A stretch of 64,000 bases of DNA. Origin: Podarcis bocagei. Taxonomy: Eukaryota. Where the stretch lies: NCBI GenBank assembly GCA_964188305.1, contig OZ076903.1, one strand, 5' to 3'. Within the stretch, counting starts at the first letter, position 1; each line of letters opens with the position of its first letter. Positions 47,491 to 58,108 of the stretch are shown here, piece by piece. The notes below the pieces were generated by a model. It did no database searches and was not told the DNA's origin. It saw only the letters and a list, made by a program, of their open reading frames with translations. The position numbers and the translations under genes were made by a program.

Positions 47491-48919
47491 CAGTGTTTCC
47501 CAACCACTGTTCCACGGCACACTAGTGTGCCGCGAGATGTTGCCTGGTGTGCCGCGGGAAAAATTAAAAAATTCGAAAGATTTTTTTTTAAAAAAAGTCA
47601 AATTTTCGATTGGGGCGCCGTCACTAGATGACCCCTGGGGTTCCCTCCCTCCCTCCCGCTCTGCGCCTCCCTCCTCCTCCTCCGGGGAGGCCCTTCCTGG
47701 CTCTCGGCCAAGGCTTGGCGGCTGCCACTCACTCACTCGCTCGCCCACCCGTCCCTCCATCCCTGCACCCGGCCTCTCCCCCTCCGTCCCCGGCGCGGGG
47801 GCTGCCGGGATCCGTAGTCCCCTCGCCCTAGGGCTCCGCGCCCGCGCGGGGTGCGCGAACTACGTTTCCCAGCGTGGCCTGGCGGGCCGGGCGTTTTGTT
47901 TGAAGCGCTCTTCTCCCGGCCATGGAATGAGCGCAGCGGCGGCGGCCGGGCGGGCAGGGGCTCTTCTGCGCAGACCCCGCGCAGCCTGCCTGCGCCCCCG
48001 CGGAGATCGGGCGGCAGGATGGAGCCCGGGGATCCCCGCGGAGGCAGAGCGGCGAAGGCGGAGGCTGCCCCCCAGGTAGGGCTGCGTCGGGGGTTTTTAA
48101 TTTTTGCAGTGCTGCATCCGCACCGGAGGGGACGCATCGGACCGCGGGGAGACCCCTTGGCGGGCGTGCAAGGCAATGCATGCGTGCAGGCGTTGCATGG
48201 AGTGCAGTGCAATGCAATGGCAACGCGGCGCCCTGCATGCATGCATGCAACTTCCACCGGCGCTCCGGACTTGGCAGGTGAGGGGGGTCCCCAGTGGGCG
48301 GCAGAGAGAGCCGGGAGGGCGAAGGGGAGCCGGGGGGGAGCAGCGCTGCTCCCCGAGCCGAGCCCGGGGGGAAACTTCGGCGTCGTTGCGCCGGGTGTTG
48401 GAAGCGGAGGCTGGCGGGGGCCCCTCACCTGCAAAACCTGGTCGCCTCTCATATATTTCGTGCATTGCATTCATCGCCCGCTTTCTCCTCCAAGGAGCTC
48501 CCGGGGGCGCGCGTGGTTCTCCCCGTGTTATCCTCGCAACAACAGCCCTGCGAGGTGGGTCAGGCGAGTGGCCCAAGGGAGCACCCAGGGATTGTCCTGG
48601 CCAGGTGGGGTGATTTGGACCCTGCTCTCTGCCCGGTCTTCGTCCTCATTTAGCCCCCACATGTGCATGACTGTGCATGACTGAGGTTTTCCCCCCTCGT
48701 CTTGGCTATGGTGTGAGTCTGTGCTGTTAATTAATGGGGTTCTGCCTTCGGAGAAGATGAGCCAGCCCTCAAGGAGGTGATTATGTAATTTGCTAGCAAT
48801 TCATGTCCCTCCCGGCGTGACGCTGTGCGCTGACGTCACGGGGCTGTAATGGTGGTGTGCCTCGAGATTTTTTTCATGAAACAAGTGTGCCTTTGCCCCC
48901 AAAAGGTTGGGAAACACTG
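47491..48919. mobile_element. Non-autonomous hAT (Charlie-like) element, 1429 bp, with CpG-island cargo
   Basis: Perfect 15-bp TIRs CAGTGTTTCCCAACC; perfect 8-bp TSD ATCTAGAG (47483-47490, 48920-48927), matching the NTCTAGAN Charlie target preference; no transposase. Confidence 0.93.
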
Positions 48920-50581
48920 ATCTAGAGCAGCAGCAACTACTTGCTGATGCCAGTGGCAATTCTGGCAGTCTTGCCCTTGGGAAAGTCAGCAATGATAGAA
49001 TAGTATGAAATCTGTATTGCTTCACTCTACCATGCATTTAAGAAACTGGCAAATTCCCCCATATTAACCATGGTGTAAGCTGATTTGTCTGTACGCACTC
49101 GGGGCCTCATGGCTGCCTTATTTTGGAAGCTTTGCGACCATTATGAGGCTGCCTTCCTGGTCAGTCACGTTGCCCCCTGAGCATGAAAAACCTTTAATTT
49201 CCCCGCTGCTGGACTGTAACTCTTTGCTTCAGACATGACGGGGAAGCCACAGAATGCTGTCTACTTGTGAATGATGAGCCAGTTCTTTAAAAAGTAATTA
49301 GCAAAAACAAACCGAGACAGGGATCTAAGCCGCCACCTTAACACAGCAATATCACAGCTCACAGCTCTGCTCACTTCTCAATATATTTATAGCCGGTTAC
49401 CAAAACGGACCACATGCACATTTGATTTACACCATCATGGAAATAAACTCGTGTATCCACAACCTATCTGTCATTTCTTTTGGGAAAGTTTTAAGCCTTA
49501 CTCTGTAAGAAAGTGGCCCCAGTCAGTGTTCTTGCATGTCTAAGATTCAAACTTTCTCTGCTAATTTTCCAGTTGTCCCCTCCATCTCTAGAAAACTTTG
49601 GACTGCACAAGTTGGGCCTGTTACTTTGATATCATGTTCTTTACTTTAAAGCACTGAAAACTTTTGCAACAGAGAACTTCTGCTGCCAGAAAAGCGGCAG
49701 AAGTATTGGCAACAGAAACACCTGGTAGACAAGGGGAAAGACTCCAAACATCTGCCTCCCACAATACGTCTCTATAGCACCACAGACTTTGAGAGGAGTA
49801 GGAAAACTGGTGAGACAGTGGTATCAGAAAAAGCCCCAAGAAAAGGAGGTGTCTCTAAAAGCCACTGAAGCTCTGGGAAGATGGTATTGCTAGCAGAAGA
49901 ATGCCCCCAGGTGGACCAAGGAAAGGTACTAGGAAACAATTTGACTTCATCTGACTCTTACCCACATCACCACCACATAAAATCATTCTACAGCACTATG
50001 AATATAATGACCACCAGATTGCTCCTTACATCTGCTTTCCACCTAGCCAGGAGCCTGTGTCACTAGAAGCATGAGAAATATGGGTAATGGTTAGCCTATA
50101 TATATATTTAAAGGATCAGCAATTCTCCATTAAGTGTCAGTTGCAAATGATAGTTCATTATGTTGTTTTGCTTTTGCATACTGAAAATAATTTTTAAAAA
50201 TTGGGATTAGCCATTCTTTCTTTATCACAGAATACTAAACATAACCAGATAATACCTGCAAGCACCTAGCCTGCAATCAGCCTGCAATTTTCATCATCCG
50301 ACTAACTCTGAGAGCAAGGATTCAATGTCTAATCCCCCTCCCCCCCCACTCACATACTCCCAATCCCTGCGGAAGAGTTCTGGAGAAATCAAACATTTGA
50401 GCACTATTTTGTGACACTTCGTTGCTCTTAAAAAATGTATTACACAACCATGGATTTTGGAGTTAAATGTTTAAGAAATTTATAGTATACTCTATGGTTG
50501 TATAAAGGGTCTTCTGCATTTTATCAATGCATTTTACACTTAACACACTGAATACTGCGCACATTTATTGATAAAGTAGAG

Positions 50582-50730
50582 GAAGCTTCTTTATACTGAA
50601 TCATACTGTTAGTCCATCAAGTGCAAATGTCTACTCTGACTGGAAGTGGCTCTTTAGGGGTTCAGACAAAAGCCTTCCCCAGCCCTACCTGATTATACCA
50701 GGGATTGAACATGAGACCCTCTGCATGCAT
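50582..50730 (-). mobile_element. Degenerate squamate tRNA-derived SINE
   Basis: B-box remnant (gggattgaac on plus) and a body resembling a common squamate SINE; recognised from memory. Confidence 0.55.
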
Positions 50731-51218
50731 AAAGTACCTGATTTAGCATTGCCTTCTTTTAAACCAGCAGTCTTCAGCCTTTCAGATCCAGCCTTGCATT
50801 TAACTTAAACATGCTTTTGCGGGCCAATTTCTTAATATTTTACCTTATGTCTGTAGTATACTGGTACTGCTGTTCTGACTCAGATCAGTCTACAACCCAC
50901 TAAGAGCCTGCCAAAAATTTACATCAAGGCCAAGTCAAAAGACAATATCAGAGTGTAATAAGGATAGATCAGGACAGAAAAGAACGCCAAGACCTCTATC
51001 AGGAATTATAGAGCAAAACTGCAGGACCACCAAAAGGGAGCCTGGGATTAGAAAAATAATGCACAATAACAGACCTTCCTGGACACTCACTGACTACTAG
51101 CACAATGCATAGTCAAGGAAGTTTGCTATTGCTCATCAGAGCCTAAGGAAAGACCAACTCTAAAGCAAAGCTATGGTGCTACAATAGTAGCTGCTAACAT
51201 CTGTGTAACATCAATATA

Positions 51219-51458
51219 CAGTCATACCTTGGAAGTCAAATGGAATCTGTTCCGGAAATCCGTTCAACTTCCAAAATGTTCGGAAACCAAAGCATGGCTT
51301 CTGACTGGCTGCAGAAAGCTTCTGCAGCCAATTGGAAGCCGCAGAAGCCCCATTGGCTTCTCAAAAGTTCACAAACCGGAACAGTCATTTCCAGGTTTGC
51401 AGCGTTCGGGAGCCAAAACGTTCGAGACCTAAGATGTTCAAAAGCCAAGGTATGACTG
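51219..51458. mobile_element. Tigger-like MITE, family B
   Basis: TA-CAGTCATACCTTGG...CCAAGGTATGACTG-TA. Confidence 0.85.
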
Positions 51459-52421
51459 TAGTTCGGTTAGGATCTTTTATGCTCTCAGAAGCAAATTGAA
51501 CTTATCTCCAAGTAACTCTTTTAGTACACATGGCAAGACCAACTCCCCTGAATCCATAGAGCAGCATGCTTCTAACACCATGTTCACCATCTGTGCTAAT
51601 CCGCAGCAAATGGCAAAATGCCTCCATGATGGCACTCTACAGGGCAGATGCACTGACCTCGCTGCATCAACCAGAGTTGCAGGTGGGAGGAATTCAGTAA
51701 ATGAATTATCTTGCAATTCCAGCAGACGTGGGTCAGAATCCAATTATACAACATACATAGGCTGTGAATAACCACCCTTCTGATGGATTTCAGTTGTAAT
51801 CTGAAAATGCTGGAGACTTGGCAAAGCCTGTCAACCTAACACAGGGCATTTCATGTAAATGGTAAATTAACTCATGTAATTTCTGTAAATGTAATGTATT
51901 TATACATGATTGTTAGATATTCTGTATTCTCTGAACAAATCCTGTGCGGGACTTAACTTGGCAAGGGAAATATTAAGGTTTTAAAATTGGTTTTAACTAT
52001 AGTTTGTTGAATGCTCTGATGAAAAAGCAAATGATAAAGTAAATAAACAGTTACACTGTTGTAGGTTTTTAACACAGTTTTTAAAGTTATTTCCAAGCAC
52101 ATTTTTATTAATAGCCAAACCTTCCTCAGTTCATTTTGAAATCAAGCTTCCATGGAGAACATTTTAAAAAGTTCTTTTCAAGAACTCTCTCCAAACCTAT
52201 CATGTTAGTGATCTTTTTGGCTTTTTAGCAACCATGGTGAAAGCAAAAGCACCTTCATGTTTCAATGTGTATTCAACCCTCCTTCAACATTTCATCTATT
52301 TTTCAATCAAGTTCTGGCCATTAAATACAGCTCCCCCAGCTGATTTTAAGGCTCTAAGTAAGGAGTCTTGCAGTTTTTCAAGCTACTGACAGATCTGGTC
52401 TAGTCAGCGCACCATCCACAC

Positions 52422-52698
52422 CAGGGGGCGGCAAGCTTTACCTCACTCCAGTAGTGATCCTTCCGTGGGCCAGATCGCACACGCGTGAGTGCACGTGGCC
52501 ACGATTTCCGGCGTCTGCATCTGCGCAGGCACAATTTCCGGCACCACGCAAGCGAGTCCCCGCACCGCGCTGCACCGCTTTAGTGCAGCGTATGGGGACT
52601 CACTGAGTGGGCAGCTCAGTTTGGGGGCTGCTCGTGGGCCGGTTAAATGGCCCCTGTGGGCTGCTTGTGGCCCACGGGCCTTAAGTTGCTTACCCCTG
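52422..52698. mobile_element. hAT MITE (277 bp)
   Basis: CAGGGG...CCCCTG ends; perfect 8-bp TSD ATCCACAC (52414-52421, 52699-52706). Confidence 0.85.
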
Positions 52699-53477
52699 AT
52701 CCACACCATGACTTGCTTGTTTGCCACAGAAGAGAGACTTCTATGTAGGGGGAAATGGCAGACCACTTTTGAAGAGAGCCTATCCAAAGGGGATGCCCTT
52801 TTGGGACACAGCATGCCCTATGATAGCATTATGCCTATTGTGGTAGTGGGTTTTGAGGATTTACCCTCCTTGCCTTATACCTGTGCTACTGGAGGGAGAG
52901 CAAATAGAAGCCCCTTTCTAGCCTACTAACATGGCTGTTTGGGGACCACAGCTCACTCTCTTTGTGGCCTCTGGGATTTTAGGCGATACTGAGATGTTCT
53001 ATCAAAAACTGTTCTTACAGTCTCTTCCAAAACAAAGATACAGCTCAAGCCTGGTATTAATAAGCCCAGTTACAATATCTATTACATGTGTAAAAGGTCA
53101 GTATACAAAAGCTGGAGGATTTGTACCAACACAGTGAAACCACTATTTGAGTTACATTAGGGTCACATCTCACAATCATACTAGTATGCGCTCAGTTCTG
53201 AAAGAGCTGTGGTAGTTTTAAATGAACACCCAAACACATAAGCCCATACATTATATGGGTTGCCATCAGAAGTATATTAAAACTCAGTATTTCAAATGTT
53301 ACACCAAAAGCAGCCCATCCTTTGGCTTGCACACAGTAGGAATCTCTTCTTCTGTAAGCAATAGTAGCTATTTTTCTCTATTACACATCAAATAAAATAG
53401 TCATTTTGAATCCAAGATGTTACTTCAGCAGCGCCAGGATGCCCTGATGCCTGGAACAGTTCTCCAGTTGTTTTAAG

Positions 53478-54690
53478 TTTAACCAAAGATGGAAAGAAGA
53501 CAAAGTCCCTACCAGAGAAGAATGGCAAACTAAACTGGAACATGCAGAAATAGCAAAAATGACCAGAAGAAATCAGAAACCAAGTAGATGAAAGCTTCAA
53601 AACAGAATGGGAGAAATTAACACTTTATCTTAGAGACCATTGTAAACAAATGAAAACATTAGCAGGTTTTTAACAACACTTGTAATGTAACAAAAACTTT
53701 GGATAATGGAGATAGATTTAAAATATAGGTGATGAAATACATGCAGTTGAAAAGGACAACATAAAGACCCATGGAAGGAATGCGGGGGGGGGGGTCTGAG
53801 ATTCAGGGGAATTTTGTATTTTGAGTATATTTGTGATATTGTAAAAAATATATATCTGTTAAATCAAGTAAAATATTTCCAAAAGGGGGGTGGGGGAGTT
53901 CAACCAGTCTTTTCAGAGGACTCACTTTTAGCCCTAACCTGCAACTTTTGGGGGGAGTTGTTTGTTTTGTTACATACATACATCTTCCATGCCCCCCCTT
54001 TTAGGCTGACTAGATGCTGAGGAGAATCTACCTCTTTTAAAAGCTGGCACAACACATAATGTTGACTTACTACACATACAAAATATTTATGTGCGTTAAG
54101 GATTGCTGTTGCTTAAAAAGAAAGAAAAAAATGTCCTGTGACCACCTCCTTGGCACAGTTAAAATTTGGGTGGGAGATGAAACTGATGGACTATGCAGAG
54201 TGAAACTGACGGGGGAAATCAGAAAAGATACAAAAAAAATGTAATCTTAAATATGGAACCCATGGAGGGAGGGAAGGAGGTCCAAAGGTGCAAAAGAACC
54301 TTTTATTTTAACGTTTAAAAAGGTTAACGTTAAAATGTAAAAAATTGTGTAAAACCAGCAAAAAATATTTTTTTTAAAAAAAAGTTGGGCTGGGTGCCAA
54401 CAAAAGAAGAATGCCAGGTGGAACTGGTGGCCTATGCAGAGATGGGAAAACTGTCGGGGAAGATCAGAAACCAGGAAGATCAAGTATTTTTAAAGGACTG
54501 GAATAAATTCTTCATTTATTTAAAAGACCACTGTAAACAGTTAAATTCACTGGCAGGGATGTAATGACACTTGGAATGTGGAATAAACTATGGAAAGGAC
54601 CTTTTGTTTTAATGTCTGAAATGGTTAAAGTTAAAAGGTAAAAAAACTGTGTAAAACCAATAAAAAAAAACATTATTTTAAAAAACGAAG
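53478..54690 (+). mobile_element. Three consecutive 5'-truncated L1-clade 3' ends (~53478-53885, ~54175-54383, ~54395-54690)
   Basis: Each encodes a version of W..KL..YAE..KLTG.IRNQ...F...W.K...YL.DHCKQ...LAG* or part of it, then an AT-rich tail with an AATAAA-like signal and A-run. Confidence 0.7.
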
Positions 54691-55102
54691 ATAAAGTTGG
54701 GGGGGTGGGGAAGGGGAGAAACAACAACCTGCGGGCCCATTGGCGGAAATCAGAAGGCCGGAAGGCTCCCTCTCGCCGCAACCTTATGGCGCACCTTGAA
54801 CCCAGAACCCGCCAAGCCCGAGCCCCTCCCTCCCTCCCTCCCTCGGAACAGAACCGCATCCTCTCCGGAGGAGGAAACGGGGGAGGAATCCGGAGGGGCC
54901 GCTTCGCCTCGACTCCCCCTCCCTCCCCCCCCCCAGGAAAGAAGCGCGGGAAACAAAGACCCGCCGCCGCCGCCCCGGGGGGGGGGGGAAACCTGAGGGG
55001 GAAAGCCAACCTGGAGGGCGCCTGAGGAGACCCGGCTGGGCCGGGAGGCGGGAAGGAAAGGGGAGGGAAAGGGGTGGCGGCCGCCGCCGGTCCCGCACTC
55101 AC

Positions 55103-55110
55103 CCCTTCAT
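55103..55110 (-). CDS. NAA50: NAA50 exon 1 coding part (MKG)
   Basis: gctATGAAGGG|gtgagt inside a CpG island; phase 2 fits exon 2 to give MKGSRIE. Confidence 0.92.
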
Positions 55111-55329
55111 AGCTGCTGCTGCTGCTGGCGGGGCCGCGGGGTCCAGCAGCGGCGGTTCAGCCGCTGCTCCTGCTCTGGCCGCCGCCGCCGCCGCTGCTCC
55201 ACATGGGCCTCAGGCCGCTCCGAGCTCCCGCGCGCGCCTGCGCACAACGCCGCCCCCGCCTCGGCTCGACCTTTCACCTCACGCCGACGTGACGACGGCG
55301 ACGCTTCGCACGCGCTCCGGCGATGGTCT

Positions 55330-55488
55330 CTTCGCCCCGCCCCTCCGTTTAGAAGTCACTCAGAGAGCGACTTCCGGGTCCTTTCGTCCCGCCCCCCCGT
55401 TTAGAAGTCACTCAGAGACCGACTTCCGGGTTCTTTTGTCCCGCCCCTCCATTTAGAAGTCACTCAGAGACCGACTTCCGGGTTCTTT
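55330..55488. repeat. 3 x 52-bp tandem repeat in the NAA50/ATP6V1A promoter region
   Basis: tttagaagtcactcagaga at 55348, 55400 and 55452. Confidence 0.95.
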
Positions 55489-56111
55489 CTGCTTTTTCTC
55501 AAGCAGAAATGAAAGCTATCAGTATGAAAATTCAGGATTTTACATGACGTCGCCTGCCATTTTCTGCCTGTGCCTAATCCTCAATCTGCAAAAAAGATAG
55601 AATTTCACTGGTATATTCCAGAGCTGTTGTGAAACACTCTCACCCTCAGTTTGACTCCCGCCTGCCCTATGAACCGTGGATTACACCGCAGGGCTGTCAC
55701 AGCCCCCCCCCCCATTTGCAACATGGGAGCATTTATGGCATTTATGTTTTTGTTTTTGAAAAACAATTTTTGTTTTTACAGTATATTACTACCGGAAGAC
55801 TTTCCCCAGTATGGCCGCTGCACGCAATGCCTTCCAAAGAGCTTTAAAATCCAGGAGAGATTCTTGCGAGAAGGTGAATTACACTCTTGAGAGACTTTCT
55901 TTGCTCCTCCAAGGCAGAAAAGTTACATTAACGTAAAATTGGGGGAGAACTCTGTGCTGATCATTTTACCTATGACAAGTGAAAACTCACTTACTAAACT
56001 GCCCCAGCACAGAGAAACAGCAGGTGTCAACATCAGCTAAGGTTTTCCCCCTCCCTGTTAAATTACACTTTGCATTTAATGCATATTTAATTAAACTTGT
56101 GTATGCATATG

Positions 56112-56290
56112 CAGTGCTTTCTCCCCCTAAAAAAATGTTTAGGGGTACTCTCCTTTTGACTAGAAAACCCCCACCATTTTATAGTTCAAATCGTGAAAAA
56201 TAAAGACATTAAATGGACAAAAGTACAAAGATTCACAAAATGTTTAGGGGCATGCGTACCCAATGTGTGTCCCCAGGAAAAACAGCAATG
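56112..56290. mobile_element. hAT MITE, same family as 19329-19504
   Basis: Colinear with the 19329 copy; TIR and TSD are degenerate. Confidence 0.8.
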
Positions 56291-56499
56291 TGTGTATGTG
56301 CGCGCGCTTGTGTAAAAGCGCATGAAAGTGTTTGCTTTGCTTTTGCATTTACTTTGGGAGGGCCATTTCCCAATGTTTAAAAACCTAATTTTAAAAAAAT
56401 GTTCACACGAAATGAACTTTTTTTTAAAAAAAAAGATACCAAGCCCGCTCTCTGCTTCTTTTATTTGGGCGTTGCTCTCTAGCGTTCAAACAGCTGTGA

Positions 56500-57250
56500 T
56501 GAAATCCTGGATTCCCCCCCCCCCCGGTTCCCCCGACGGGCAGCTTTCCCTCTGCGGGGAAGTTTTGTCAATGGCGCGCCACGCGGACCCGGAAGCTCCT
56601 TCTCTGGCCGGACGATGCGCACCTCTTCCCTTTTCGTACCTCTGCGGGGCTAAACCCCCGTCTGTGAGGCAAAGGCGTCAAGGCTGCATCCTCGCCGCCG
56701 CCCCCGCCCGCCCAGCTTGTCGCAACCTCGGCGCCCCGCCCCTGATTTCCTTTACGGCATTTTGCCACCCCGAGCGCGCAGGCGCCGCGAGAAGGTCCTC
56801 CGAAGCCCGAGAGGCTCGACGGGAAGTGCTTCCGCGTCACTTCCGGAGGCGCCTGCAGGATTAGTCCGCCGGGGAAAGGGCGCGTCGGCAGTCGGGGGTC
56901 GGCCGCTTCCTGAGTCACTGCGCGCGGAGCTGCTCCAGTCATTCCCCCGAGGTGAGGTGAGGTGAGTTCCCGCCTCGCCGCCCTTCTCTCCCTCCCTTGA
57001 GAGCGGCTTCCCAGGAGGTGTCACGGTTCCTTCCCGCCCCGTCAGCGCTTCTCCCCCCTCGCCCTTGCGCTGAAGGGCGCCTTTCTCTCCGGGGCCCCTC
57101 AAAGAGGGCGGAATATCGCCTCACAACCCCCCCCCCCCGCATATAGGAGCACAGGCTCAGCATCTCCCTCCTCGCCTCTGTTGTGGTTGAGTCGTCTAGT
57201 CGCGTCCCGGCCATTTCCTCGGTGCGAGGGCAGAGGGCCAGGGAGAGTCC
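56500..57250 (+). promoter_or_regulatory. ATP6V1A: Second CpG island, probable ATP6V1A promoter divergent from NAA50
   Basis: ETS/GABP sites (CCGGAAG ~56589, ACTTCCGG ~56839), TGAGTCA ~56911, NRF1-like ~56776. Gene name from conserved amniote order SIDT1-USF3-NAA50-ATP6V1A only. Confidence 0.65.
56900..56961 (+). other. ATP6V1A: Probable non-coding exon 1 of ATP6V1A (start approximate); the rest of the window would be intron 1
   Basis: AG|GTGAG donors at 56952, 56957, 56962; no MDFSKLPKI coding exon seen before 64000. Confidence 0.55.
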
Positions 57251-57420
57251 ATCCTGTGCGTCTCAGCATCTGACTTCTGCTCTCACGTGGGGCTCATACA
57301 CTGCCTGAGATGTGCTGCACCACTGCAAGGTCTGCCATTCCAAACTGGGCAAGAAGGGGGGTCAGTTTCCTATCCAATCACTGACTTCACTGAAAGGGAT
57401 AATACTTGGCAAATATTATT
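57236..57420. repeat. ~190-bp dispersed direct repeat, copy 2
   Basis: See 46189-46387. Confidence 0.9.
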
Positions 57421-57603
57421 GTTGTTGTTGGAAAAATAATGGGCGAGGAGGAGCAGGAAGAGGAAGCACAAGGGGGGTGACAGCTGACGGACATAGTGTC
57501 TTTAGAAGGCATTCCAGACCCCCTTCTCCCAGAACCCAGCAAACCTTGAAAGTAGGAGAGCAAAGGGCTCAGAGGCAAACGGTCCTCAGTGCCACCCGTA
57601 GGG

Positions 57604-58108
57604 GTTGTTGTTTAGTCATGTCCGACTCTTCATGACCCCCTGGACCAGAGCACGCCAGGCCCTCCTGTCTTCCACTGCCTCCCACAGTTTGGTCAGACTC
57701 ATGCTGGTAGCTTCGAGAACACGGTCCCACCATCTCGTCCTCTGGCGTCCCCTTCTCCTTGTGCCCTCCATATTTCCCAACATCAAGGTCTTTTCCAGGG
57801 AGTCTTCTCTTCTCATGAGGTGGCCAAAGTCTTGGAGCCTCAGCTTCAGGATCTGTCCTTCCAGTGAGCACTCAGGGCTGATTTCCTTAAGAATGGATAT
57901 GTTTGATCTTCCTGCAGTCCATGGGACTCTCCAGAGTCTCCTCCAGCACCAGAATTCAAAAGCATCCATTCTTCGACGATCAGCCTTCTTGATGGTCCAG
58001 CTCTCACTTCCATACATCACTACTGGGAAAACCAGAGCTTTAACTACACAGACCTTTGTTGGCAAGGTGATGTCTCTGCTTTTTTTAAGACGCTGTCTAG
58101 GTTTGTCC
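57604..58108 (-). mobile_element. BovB (RTE) LINE, 5'-truncated 3' end
   Basis: ORF 57616..58128: KSRDITLPTKV...VFPVVMYGSESWTIKKA...EKTLMLG; (CAA)n tail. Confidence 0.95.

Larger units (their letters stand above)
54730..55490 (-). promoter_or_regulatory. NAA50: NAA50 CpG-island promoter, exon 1 and start of intron 1
   Basis: Dense CpG; NRF1-like GCGCCTGCGC at ~55234; CRE-like GACGTGAC at ~55286; GC boxes and ETS sites. Confidence 0.85.

Noticed and set aside
47525-48684. ORFs of 184-277 aa in the hAT element as a transposase or whole gene
   Set aside because: No BED finger, DDE or hAT dimerisation motif; GC-driven open frames. Only the short ATG-to-donor segments are plausible.
55330-55488. 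Regularly spaced repeats resembling a CRISPR array
   Set aside because: Whole units repeat with no unique spacers; eukaryotic context; no cas genes.
54512-57214. Long ORFs across the NAA50 and ATP6V1A promoters
   Set aside because: CpG-island artefacts; only the 8-nt NAA50 start is supported.
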